The translations under genes and the position numbers were made by a program. Shown piece by piece: positions 19,215 to 30,500 of a DNA stretch of 64,000 bases. The notes under the pieces were generated by a model, which worked only from the letters and a program-made list of their open reading frames with translations, was not told where the DNA came from and searched no databases. Numbering within the stretch: position 1 is the first letter of the stretch; each line of letters starts with the position of its first letter. This stretch comes from an uncultured Candidatus Rokubacteria bacterium (GTDB lineage Bacteria > Methylomirabilota > Methylomirabilia > Rokubacteriales > DASRDR01): assembly GCA_963805625.1 (NCBI GenBank), contig CAWDVE010000017.1:128001-192000 (forward strand), read 5' to 3'.

Positions 19215-22200
19215 ATGAGAGGCCCGACACGCGTCCTCGCCGTCACGATCCTGGGGCTCCTGGTGGCGCCCGCCGCCGCGGCCCCGCCGCGCCCGGTGGA
19301 GTTCCCGCCGCCAGCGCTGACGGTGACGATCTCTCCGGTCCCGCCCGGGCTCGAACGGCCGCGCCTGGCCCCCCCGCCGGCGCCACCGGTTCCGGCCCCG
19401 GCGCTCGAGCTCGGCCGCGCCCCGGCTCCGCGCTTCATCTCGACGGTCAGCAAGCCTCTCCCGACGCCCGCGGATCCGGGTGGGTTCGCCTGCGCGTTTG
19501 TCGCGTTCCGGCGGGCCGTGGCGCTGGCGGACTGCGGCGTGGCCCGGGTGGCCTCGGGCAACTACCGGGAGGCGCGCGAGTCCTTCGAGGAGAGCCTCGC
19601 CGTCGATCCGCGCGGCGCCCAGGCGCCGGCAGTGTACGTCTGGCTCGGGGAGCTCGCCCTGCTCGAGGCGACCACGCCGACCTCGCCGGCCGCGAGCCGC
19701 GCCGAGCGTGCCTACCGCGCCGCGCTGCCCCTCGTCCCGCCGCCGCCGCTCGGGATGCACGCCGAGGTCGGGCTCGGGCTCCTGGCCCTCCGGCGGGGCG
19801 ATGCCGCCGAGGCGGAGGCTGCCCTCGAGCGTGGGCTCCGGGCCGTCCCTCCCCAGGCGGTTGCGCTCGTCGCGCGTTACCTGCTCGGCGTGGCGCGGCT
19901 CCTGCAGGACCGCCCCGCCGAGGCCATTGCGCTCTGGGACGAGGTGGTCCAGAGCGGCGCGTCCGGGGCCATCCTCGCGGAGATCCCGTTCTGGCGCGGG
20001 GTCGCGCTGGTCCGCCAGGGCGACTTGGACGGCGGCCTCGAGCTCCTGAACCGATTCATCGTCACGACGCCGGTCACCCACCCCCTCCGGGGCGACGCGC
20101 TCGTGCAGGCGGGCTGGATCGCGCTCGAGCGCAACGCGGCGGATCAGGCCGTCAAGCGCTTCCTCGAGGCCGAAGCCGCCGGGCCCCGGCCCGAGCTCCG
20201 GCCCCAGATCCGGGCAGGTCTCGTCCGCGCGTACCTGGCGCTCGGCGACACCGGCCGGGCGGCGGCGGCCGCGCGCCAGCTGAAGGCCGAGTCGGCGCGG
20301 GATCCGCTGGTTCCGGCGGCGCTCCTCCTCATCGCGGACGCCGCGAAGGCCCGGGGCGCCCAGGGCGAGGCGACCGACATCTATCGCGAGATCCTGCTCC
20401 TCCCGCTGCCGCCCGCGACCCAGGACTACGTGCGGTACCGTCTCGGCGAGCAGCTCGAGCAGGAGGGGCGGCTCCTCGAGGCCAAGGATCACTACCGGGA
20501 GCTCCGGGACAAGGGGCGTGACGAGGAGGTGGCCCAGCGGGCGACGTACCGGCTCGGGCTGGTCGCGCTCCGCGAGAACGACACGGCGGCGGCGCGCCGC
20601 GAGGGCGAGGCGCTCCTGCGCGCGGGGATCCTGCCGGAGCTGCGGGAAGGCGCCCTCCTGCTGGTCGCCGAGAGCGCCGCGCGGGGGGATGACCCGAACC
20701 GCGCCGCCGCCGTGCTGCGCACGGCCCTCCGCGATTACCCGGACTCGCCGAGGGCCGCCCGCACGCGTCTGGCGCTCGGGTGGGCCCTTCTCCGGGACGG
20801 CGACGCCGAGGGCGCGATCCGCGAGTGGCGCGACGTCGCGACGAAGGCGGATCTCGAGACCCGGGCGCTCGCGCTCCTCGCCGTCGCCGACGTCGCGCTC
20901 CGGCAGGGGCGGGAGGCCGAGGCGCTCGAGGCGCTCCGGGGCGTGACCGAGCCGCCTCCGGGTCTCCGGAACGCCGAGGCCGTGATGCTCAGTCGAGGCA
21001 TCCTCGCGCTCCGGACGGGCGCCTACCCCGATGCCGTCCAGGCGCTCGAGCCGCTCGCGCCCCGGATCGCGGATCTTCCGACGCAGGCCCTCGCTCGCCG
21101 CGCCCTCGGGATCGCCCAGTACGAGCTGGGGCACTACGACCAAGCCGAGCGGCAGTTCCGCATCGCGGCCAGCGTGACGCCCCAGGAGCCGTCGAACTGG
21201 CTCGGCGCGGGTCTGGCGGCGCTCGCCCAGAACCGCCTCGTCGAAGCGGAGGACGCGCTCGGACGCGCGCGCTACGCCGCCGTCGACGTGGCGATGTCGG
21301 CCTGGTACGGCCTCGTCCTCGTGTCCGTGCAGCGCGGGGACCGGGACGCGTTCCGCGAGCGTGGGACCAACTTCGTCGACCGGTTCCCGCGGCATCCCGC
21401 ATCGCCGGCGATCCTCTACGGACTTGCCGTCGCCGCGCTGGACCGGAACGATCTCGGTGGAGCGCAGACGTGGACCCAGCGGCTCCTCCGGGAGCACGCG
21501 GCGAGCGACTATGGCACCGACGCCCTGGTGCGCCTGGCGGCGGCCGCGGGGACGCGGGCGGACGTCGCCCGTCAGGCGTATCGCGACCTACTGACCCGGC
21601 CCGCGCCGGCGGACGTCCGAGCGGAGGCGTGGTTTGGCCTGGCCGAGACGGCTCTCGCCGCGGGTGACGGCGCGGAGGCGCAGCGGGCGGCCGGGGGATT
21701 TCTCCGTGACGTGCCCGAGGGCGATCCCCGCGCGGTGCGAGCGCACCTCATCCTGGTGCGGGCCCTCCAGGCACAGCACCAGCCGGATCGGGCGCTTGCC
21801 GCGATGGACGGCTTCCTTCGCCAGTTCCCCCGGGACGCGGCTACGCCGGCGCTCGAGCTGAGCCGGGGCCAGCTGCTCGCCGGGGCGCAGCGCTGGGCCG
21901 CGGCCCAGCAGGCGTTCGAGGCCGCCCGGCGGGCGGACGATCCGGCCGTGGCCGCGGAGGCGGAATTCAGGCTCGGCGAGGCGCTGCGAGCGCGCGGCGA
22001 CTTCGAGGGGGCGATCGGCGCCTACCTGAGCGCCACGTATGCTTACGGGGAACAGCCGGTGTGGGCGGCGCAGGGACTCCAGGGCGCGGCGCAGGCCTAC
22101 GTCGCCCGCCAGATGCCGCGCGAGGCGGCCATCGTTCTCCGGAAGCTTGCCGTGCGGCCCGGCGTCGATCCCGCGCTCGTCCAGTGGGCGCGCGACTCGC

Positions 22201-22274
22201 TCGGGCGTCTTGGACCGGCCGCGAACCCGAGCCCCGCGGCCCCGGGCGGCGCGGGGCTGGCCCCAAAGCCCTGA
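19215..22274 (+). CDS. Large secreted TPR-repeat protein (~1019 aa)
   Basis: ATG 19215 follows the upstream stop; signal peptide, Pro-rich linker, many A..LG..Y/F TPR helices. Confidence 0.8.
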   Translation: MRGPTRVLAVTILGLLVAPAAAAPPRPVEFPPPALTVTISPVPPGLERPRLAPPPAPPVPAPALELGRAPAPRFISTVSKPLPTPADPGGFACAFVAFRRAVALADCGVARVASGNYREARESFEESLAVDPRGAQAPAVYVWLGELALLEATTPTSPAASRAERAYRAALPLVPPPPLGMHAEVGLGLLALRRGDAAEAEAALERGLRAVPPQAVALVARYLLGVARLLQDRPAEAIALWDEVVQSGASGAILAEIPFWRGVALVRQGDLDGGLELLNRFIVTTPVTHPLRGDALVQAGWIALERNAADQAVKRFLEAEAAGPRPELRPQIRAGLVRAYLALGDTGRAAAAARQLKAESARDPLVPAALLLIADAAKARGAQGEATDIYREILLLPLPPATQDYVRYRLGEQLEQEGRLLEAKDHYRELRDKGRDEEVAQRATYRLGLVALRENDTAAARREGEALLRAGILPELREGALLLVAESAARGDDPNRAAAVLRTALRDYPDSPRAARTRLALGWALLRDGDAEGAIREWRDVATKADLETRALALLAVADVALRQGREAEALEALRGVTEPPPGLRNAEAVMLSRGILALRTGAYPDAVQALEPLAPRIADLPTQALARRALGIAQYELGHYDQAERQFRIAASVTPQEPSNWLGAGLAALAQNRLVEAEDALGRARYAAVDVAMSAWYGLVLVSVQRGDRDAFRERGTNFVDRFPRHPASPAILYGLAVAALDRNDLGGAQTWTQRLLREHAASDYGTDALVRLAAAAGTRADVARQAYRDLLTRPAPADVRAEAWFGLAETALAAGDGAEAQRAAGGFLRDVPEGDPRAVRAHLILVRALQAQHQPDRALAAMDGFLRQFPRDAATPALELSRGQLLAGAQRWAAAQQAFEAARRADDPAVAAEAEFRLGEALRARGDFEGAIGAYLSATYAYGEQPVWAAQGLQGAAQAYVARQMPREAAIVLRKLAVRPGVDPALVQWARDSLGRLGPAANPSPAAPGGAGLAPKP

Positions 22275-22286
22275 CTGGCCCCTCCG

Positions 22287-23501
22287 TCAGACGGCCAGCT
22301 CGAACGAGTCGTGGAGGGCGCGCACCGCGAGCTCCGTGTACTTGTCCTCGATGACGCAGGAGACCGCGATCTCCGACGTCGAGATCATGTGGATGTTGAC
22401 CCCCTCCCGTGAGAGGGCCCGGAACATCTGGGCCGCGACCCCCGAGTGGCTCCGCATCCCGACCCCGACGATGGAGACCTTGGCGATCCGGTCGTCGTAG
22501 GTCACGCTCTCGGCGCCGATCTTCTTTGCGACCTCCTCGAGGGTGGCGACGACCGTGGGCCGGTCGGGCCGGGGGACCGTGAAGGAGATGTCGGACATTC
22601 CGTCTCGGCTCACGTTCTGGACGATCATGTCCACGACGATCCCGTGGTCGCTCACGGTGCCGAAGACCTGTGCGGCGATGCCCGGCCGATCCGGGACGCC
22701 CCGGATCGTGACCTTCGCCTGGCCGCGATCGTGGGCGATGCCGGTCACGACGACGGCTTCCATGTTCCGGTCCTCCTTCGTCACGAGCGTGCCAGGATCC
22801 GTCTTGAACGTCGACCGGACGTGCACCGGCACGCCGTACTTCTTCGCGAACTCGACCGAGCGCGACTGGAGCACCTTGGCGCCGAGGCTCGCCATCTCGA
22901 GCATCTCGTCGTAGGAGATCCGGTCGAGCTTGCGCGCCTCGCGGACGATGTTCGGGTCGGCGGTGTAGACGCCGTCCACGTCGGTGTAGATCTCGCAGAC
23001 GTCGGCCCGCAGCGTCGCCGCGAGCGCGACCGCCGTCAGATCCGAGCCGCCCCGCCCGAGCGTCGTGATGTTGTCCTCCTCGGTCACGCCCTGGAAGCCC
23101 GCGACGATGGCGACGTAGCCGTCGTCGAGCGCGCGCCGGACCTTGTCGCCGTCGATCCCGACGATCCGGGCTCGCGTGTGCGCGGCATCGGTCCGGATTC
23201 CGGCCTGCTCGCCCGTGAACGAGCGCGCCTTGTGGCCGAGGGCGTCAATGGCCATGGCCAGGAGCGCGATGGAGACCTGCTCTCCGGTGGCGAGCAGCAT
23301 GTCTACCTCGCGCTCGGGGGGCGTGGGCGTGACCTCGTGGGCGAGCCGGAGCAGCCCGTCGGTGGTCTTCCCCATGGCAGAGACGACCACGACGACCCCG
23401 TGGCCGGCCTTGGCGGTCTCGACGACGCGCCGCGCGACGCCGCGGATCTTCTGGGCGTCGGCGACCGAGGAGCCGCCGTACTTCTGGACGATCAGGCCCA
23501 T
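22287..23501 (-). CDS. lysC: Aspartate kinase
   Basis: [27 protein letters not shown], two ACT domains, STSEI. Confidence 0.97.
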   Translation of the reverse strand: MGLIVQKYGGSSVADAQKIRGVARRVVETAKAGHGVVVVVSAMGKTTDGLLRLAHEVTPTPPEREVDMLLATGEQVSIALLAMAIDALGHKARSFTGEQAGIRTDAAHTRARIVGIDGDKVRRALDDGYVAIVAGFQGVTEEDNITTLGRGGSDLTAVALAATLRADVCEIYTDVDGVYTADPNIVREARKLDRISYDEMLEMASLGAKVLQSRSVEFAKKYGVPVHVRSTFKTDPGTLVTKEDRNMEAVVVTGIAHDRGQAKVTIRGVPDRPGIAAQVFGTVSDHGIVVDMIVQNVSRDGMSDISFTVPRPDRPTVVATLEEVAKKIGAESVTYDDRIAKVSIVGVGMRSHSGVAAQMFRALSREGVNIHMISTSEIAVSCVIEDKYTELAVRALHDSFELAV

Positions 23502-23584
23502 GGACGGCTCATGGTGCGGGCCATGCTACCCCATCGGCCCGCGGGGGTTCAAGCGCGCGGCGGGCGGGCGGCCTCCCGGACTCG

Positions 23585-24877
<1,293 letters not shown>

Positions 24878-25008
24878 GGCTTCGCCTCCTAGCCCGGGAC
24901 CGCCCGGATCCCGTGCAGCCGTGTAGTCCAGTACAAATCGTCCACCTGGCGACCCCCTCCGAGAGGATGACCTGAGTGCTTGGACCTGTGGGCGGGGAAC
25001 GAGGCTGG

Positions 25009-25037
25009 ATGATAGCCTCTCGCCCCGAACCTGTCAA
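25009..25037 (-). promoter_or_regulatory. sigma70-type promoter for hom-lysC
   Basis: Minus strand TTGACA-17 bp-TATCAT. Confidence 0.7.
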
Positions 25038-25051
25038 TTTTCCGGGGGATT

Positions 25052-25095
25052 CGGGGTCAGATCTCCGTCGTCCGTACCGTCAAAGTCTGACCCCG
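25052..25095. repeat. REP-like inverted repeat CGGGGTCAGA...TCTGACCCCG
   Basis: Perfect 10-bp arms with a 24-bp spacer. Confidence 0.55.
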
Positions 25096-25386
25096 TCGGC
25101 TTCCTGGGCGATCGCCCCGTCGAGCGACGACGCCGAGCGCGTCGAGGAGGGCGAGGAGGTCCTCCGCCATGCCCCGGGTCGTGTACGCGAGGTCGGGCGC
25201 GTCGCTCCGGCCGGCGCCGCGATTGTCGAACACGAGCACGCGGTGGCGCGGCGTCAGGGCTGCGAGCTGGAACGGCCACGCGGTGCTATCGCCCCTGAGC
25301 CCCATCGCCAGGACGCCGGGAACCCCGTTCCCGGCGCCGTGCCACTCGTAGTAGAGGCGAATCCCGTTGGCCGTCACGAACGGCAT
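25057..25386 (-). pseudogene. Truncated alpha/beta-fold hydrolase
   Basis: NGIRLYYEWHG, VLVFDNRGAGRSD, MAEDLLALLDALG; homology stops before the GxSxG nucleophile. Confidence 0.75.
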
Positions 25387-25417
25387 CGCCGCCTAGACCC
25401 GGCCACCCGGCCCACGC

Positions 25418-27382
25418 TCACTCATGGGCCGCCAGCGACTCCGAGAGCGTTTCCCACTCGTGGAGGAGCCAGGCGACCTGCTCCTCTGCCTGCTGGCGCT
25501 CGAGGGTGACCGCCCGGGCGCGCTCGCCGTCGGCGTAGAGCGCGGGATCGGCTAGCGTCCGACCCAGATCCTCGAGCCGGGCCTCGATCGCGTGGATCTC
25601 GGTCTCGAGGGTGTCGAGGCGCCGCCGGAGCTCGCGCACGGCGGGATCGACCCGGGGGCGCCGGCGCGCCCGGTCGGCCTGAGGGGGCGCGCCGGCCCGG
25701 GCGGCGGCGCGCCCGTCCCGCTTGCCGGCCGCCTCGCCGGGTGGTGGCGTCGGTGGCTCGGCAGCCGGCGCCGTCGCGCCGGCTGGCCGGCGCTCGAGCG
25801 CGGCGTGATAGTCGTCGTACCCGCCGAGGTGGATCACGAGGCGGCCGTCCCGGACCTCGACGACCTTCGTCGCCAGGCGGTTGATGAAGTAACGGTCGTG
25901 CGAGATGAAGACCATCGTCCCGGGGAAGCCCGCGAGGGCGTCCTCGAGGACGTCCCGGGACGCGAGATCCAGGTGGTTCGTCGGCTCGTCGAGACAGAGG
26001 AAGGGCGCCGGGCGGACGAGCATCCGCGCGAGCGCGAGCCGCGCCTTCTCGCCTCCCGACAGGACGGCGACGCGTTTCTCCACGGCGTCGCCCGAGAAGA
26101 GGAACGCGCCCAGCAGGGTTCGGAGCCGCGTGCGGTCGGTCTCGGGCGCGGCGGCTTCCATCTCCTCGAGGACCGTGCGCGCGGGGTCGAGCGCGTCGAG
26201 TTGGTGCTGGGCGTAGTAATGTGTCGTGACGTGGGCCCCGAGGACCCGCTCCCCCCCGTCCGGGGCAAGCACGCCCGCGAGGATCCGGAGGAGCGTCGAC
26301 TTGCCGGCGCCGTTCGGCCCGACGAGCGCGATGCGCTCGCCACGCTCGAGGTCGAGGTCGATCCCCGCGTAGACGATCTTCGGGCCATAGGCCTTGGCGA
26401 TGCGCCGCAGCTGGACGACGTGCCGACCGGTCCGGGGCGGCGCAGGGAAAGAGAAGCGGATGTGGCGCGCGGCGCCTTCGACCTCCACCCGGTCCAGCCG
26501 ATCGAGCATCTTGATCCGGCTCTGGACCTGCCGCGCCTTCGAGGATTTGTAGCGGAAACGCTCGATGAAGCGCTCGATCTCGGCCACGCGCTTGGCCTGG
26601 TTGCGGGCGCGGGCCTCGAGGAGCGCCTGCCGCGCCTCGCGCTGGGCGAGGTAGTCGTCGTAGTCCCCCGGATACAGGTCGAGTCCGGTCGGCGAGAGCT
26701 CGGCCACCGTCGTGACCATGCGGTTCAGGAAGTAGCGGTCGTGGGAGACGACGACGACGGTGCCGTCGTACGCGCTCAGGTAGTTCTCGAGCCAGCCCAA
26801 GGACTCGAGATCCAGGTGGTTCGTCGGCTCGTCGAGGAGGAGGAGCGCGGGACCTTGCAGGAGGAGGCGCGCCAGCGCGGCGCGCATCCGCCAGCCCCCC
26901 GAGAATTCCAGGAGGGGCCGCGCGAGGTCGGCGTCCCGGAAGCCAAGCCCGCTCAGGACGACCCGCGCCTCCGTCTCGAGCCGGTAGCCACCGAGCGTCT
27001 CGAAGCGGTGCTGGAGGTCTCCGTACCGCGCGGTCAGCGCCTCGTCGGCCGCCTCGTGGAGCCGGGCGGCCACCGCCTCCAGCTGGCGCTCGATCTCCCA
27101 GACCTCGGGGAACCCGGATAGCGCCTCGCCCAGGACCGAGCCGCGGGCCTCCCCCGCCGCCTCCTGGGGAAGGTAGCCGACCGTCATCTCGCGGGCCCGG
27201 CTCACGCGACCGGTGTCGGGCGGCTCCAGGCCCACGAGGATGCGGCAGAGCGTGGTCTTCCCGATGCCGTTCGGGCCGACGAGCCCGATGCGCTCGCGCC
27301 CGCTGAGCTGCCACGTGACGTCGCGGAACAGCACCCGGTCGCCGTAGGCCTTGGAAACCCCTTCGAGCTGGATCACCCTCAC
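25418..27382 (-). CDS. ABC-F family ATPase
   Basis: Two ABC cassettes (GPNGIGKTT, FSGGWRMR, LDEPTNHLD; GPNGAGKST, LSGGEK), no TM segments, C-terminal coiled coil. Confidence 0.93.
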   Translation of the reverse strand: MRVIQLEGVSKAYGDRVLFRDVTWQLSGRERIGLVGPNGIGKTTLCRILVGLEPPDTGRVSRAREMTVGYLPQEAAGEARGSVLGEALSGFPEVWEIERQLEAVAARLHEAADEALTARYGDLQHRFETLGGYRLETEARVVLSGLGFRDADLARPLLEFSGGWRMRAALARLLLQGPALLLLDEPTNHLDLESLGWLENYLSAYDGTVVVVSHDRYFLNRMVTTVAELSPTGLDLYPGDYDDYLAQREARQALLEARARNQAKRVAEIERFIERFRYKSSKARQVQSRIKMLDRLDRVEVEGAARHIRFSFPAPPRTGRHVVQLRRIAKAYGPKIVYAGIDLDLERGERIALVGPNGAGKSTLLRILAGVLAPDGGERVLGAHVTTHYYAQHQLDALDPARTVLEEMEAAAPETDRTRLRTLLGAFLFSGDAVEKRVAVLSGGEKARLALARMLVRPAPFLCLDEPTNHLDLASRDVLEDALAGFPGTMVFISHDRYFINRLATKVVEVRDGRLVIHLGGYDDYHAALERRPAGATAPAAEPPTPPPGEAAGKRDGRAAARAGAPPQADRARRRPRVDPAVRELRRRLDTLETEIHAIEARLEDLGRTLADPALYADGERARAVTLERQQAEEQVAWLLHEWETLSESLAAHE

Positions 27383-27534
27383 ATTCTACGCACGGGCACA
27401 ATCGCCCCAGCTGTTCGAGCCGAATCGCGCCCCCCAACCCGGCGGTCACCGCCCCGCCCGACCGGCCCCGCGGCGATCACGCGCGAGCGGAAGTGTCGAC
27501 GTCGATGGACGAGTGCAGCCCGTGTGCCGACGGA

Positions 27535-30500
27535 TCAGGCCGGCGCGTCGAGCGTCCGGGCGAGGGCTTCCGCGCGCTCTGCCCAGTGAGGGACGCGGAG
27601 ATCGACGAACCACTGGCGGGCGTGCTCCCAGTGCTGGGCTGCCGACGTCCTGTCACCCGTGGCGAGGGCGGCCTCCCCACGGTCCATCCACACCCGCGCC
27701 ACGTCGTAGCGCGCCTGGATCGCCTCGAACGTCGTTCCTGCTTCGTGGAGCGTCGCCATGGCCTCGGCCAGGGCGCCGGTCGCAAGCTGGACACGCCCGA
27801 GCGCCCGGAGCGCCAGGCCGACGCCGTAGGCCGAGCGGGCCGCGCGGGTGATCTCGAGCGCCTCCCGCGCGGTCGCGAGCGCCCGCTCGCGCCGGCCATC
27901 GAGGCGGTATGCGTCGGCCAGGAAGGCCGTGAACCAGCCCTGGAACTGCGGGAAGGGGAACGCGCCGTGCTGCTGAACCGCCGCCTCCAGGGCGGGCATC
28001 GCACGCGCGGCGTCGCTATGCTCGACGAACGAGAATCCGAGCCAGCCAAGTGCGACGGCGCGCGTGAGCGGGTCGGGAGCGACCGAGAGGCTCTGTTGGC
28101 AGGCCTCGATACCAGACTCGGCGTGACCGAGAGCTGTGTGGATGATGCCCGTGGCGCAGAGCGCCGAGGCCTGGAGCTGACGGTTGCCGCCTGCCTCGCC
28201 GATGATCAGGGCTCGCGTCTCGGCCTCGAGCGCGGCGCCGAGCTCTCCGAGCTGGGCATGGTTGAGCCCGACGACCCAGTGAGCCTGTCCGATCCACCAC
28301 TCGTCTCCCGTGCTCTCGAGGCATGTGAGCGACTCCAAGGCGTGCTTGATACCCTCCGCCGCCCGTCCGGACAGCGGGGCTTCCTGCGCGAGCACGTAGT
28401 GCGCCTTGCCGCGCGTTGCCGTGTCACCGCTTCGCGTGGAGTCGGCGATTGCGCGTTCGGCGCTCTCGATTGCCCGCTCGCGGTCACCGAGGAAGAGGTG
28501 CGTCCGGGCGAGCAGGAAATGGTTGTAGGCCGACATCGCGGCATCGTCCAGGCGGTCCAGCGAGGCCTTCCAGTGGAGTAGCAATCCCAAGGTTTCGCGG
28601 AACCGCCCAAGGTGGATCAGCGTCGAGGCTTTGCGGAGCACGAGGCGGAGGCGCCGGTGATCGCGCACGTTGGCGGGGAGTCGCTCAACGTGGGCGAGCG
28701 CCTCTTCCAGAAGGCCTAGCGCCTCGGTGTGCGCGTAGCCCCGCGCCGCTTTCTCCGCCATGCGCGAGAGGCACCCGACGGCGCTGTCGGCCTGATCGGT
28801 GCGGGCGTAGTGGTAGGCGAGCCGGTCGTCCGCCTCTTCGAGGCGCCCCTCGTAGAGCCGCTCGAGGGCGCGCGCGGCCGCGGCGTGCAGCGCCTGGCGC
28901 TGGGCCACCGGCAGGCTGTCGTACACGACCTCCTGCGTCAGGGCGTGCTTGAACACGTGGACGGACTCGCCGGGGCGCGTCTGCTCGTAGACGAACTCGA
29001 GGCGCGTGAGCTCGCGGAGCTGCTGCTGGATATCCCCCGGGCCCCGCCAGACGGCCTGGAGGAGCCGCAGCGGAACCTCCCGGCCGATGACGGACGCCAG
29101 CCGCAGTGTGTCCTTCACGTCCTCGGGCAGGCGGTCGATGCGTGCCCGCAATGCCTCCTCGACCGTGTCAGGCACGGCGATTCCACCGCCCGCGTCGGGC
29201 TCCTCGCTGACGGCCCGGCACAGCTCCTCGAGGAAGAAGGGGTTCCCCTCCGCCTTGCTGAGAATCGCGGGGGCCAGTGCCTCCTGCGCGGAGCCCATCA
29301 CCAGGAGCGACTCGACGATTCTCTGGCTGTCGCCCCGCGAGAGGGGCTGGAGTGCGAGCTGCGTCGCATATGACTTGTCCATCCAGGGCGGGCGGTAGCC
29401 GGGGCGGTACGTGAGGAGCGAGAGAACAGACGCGCCCGCCGCGGCCTCGATCAGCGAGGCGAGGCACTCCTCGGAGGAGCCATCGATCCACTGAAGGTCC
29501 TCGCACACGAATACGATCGGCCGCTGCCGGCTGCCCCGGAGACCCATTTGACGGAGCGCGTCCACCGTCCGAGCCCGGATGGCATCGCGGCTCAGCATGC
29601 TCAAAGGCTCGGTCCCCTCCTTCATGCCCAGGAGGTGGTGCAGGTACGGAGCCCATTCTTCCGGCTCCATTTCGAGGTCCTCCAGCCCCGCCCGAACCTT
29701 CCGCGCGATCGACGCCGGGCTGTCCCCCTCGGCAATCCGGAGGCTCCGCCGGAGGATCGCGATCACCGGCAGATAGGGAACCGCGCTCCCGTACGAGAGA
29801 CAGTGGCCCTCAACCCAGACGGCGCGCTCGCTCCGAAGGCTCCTGCGGAGCTCGAGAAGGAGCCGCGATTTCCCGATCCCGGCCTCGCCCACGATGCCCA
29901 CGACCTGCCCGTGTCCGTCGGCGGCGGCGGCGAAGCGGTCGCGCAGGAGCTCGAGCTCCCGGCTGCGGCCGGCCAGCGCGGTGAGCCGGCGGCCTGATCC
30001 GAAGCCAGCGCGCTCGACCCCGTCCAGCCGGTACACGGGGCCGTCGGCGGGGGCCGGCGCTGGGAGCGGCACCAGCGTGAATCGACGGTCGAGGAACGGC
30101 GCGGCCGTTTCCGAGACGACGGTCCGGTCGGGATCGGCCCGCAGGACGAGGCCTTCCAGCGCTTGCCAGGCACGGCGCTTGCCGTCGAGCTCGAGCCGGA
30201 TGTCCCGGCCCGCGTACCCCACCAGGAGCTGCGTGACGTGGATACCCAGCCGGATCGTGATCCACGGCGGCTCGGTCCGCCGCTCGCGCTCGACCGCCTT
30301 GCGGATCGCGACGGCCGCGTGCGCGGCCCGCCGGGTCGCATCCTCGACGGGCTCGAGGCCGAAGGTGGCCACGATGCCACTCGGGCCGAGGTCTTCCATC
30401 CGGCCGCCGAAGCTTCGCGCCTTCTCGATGAGGGCTTCGATCAGGCGGCTCGGGTACAGGCGGCCGTCGTCGGACGGCGGGCCGTCGATCACCGCGCGAA

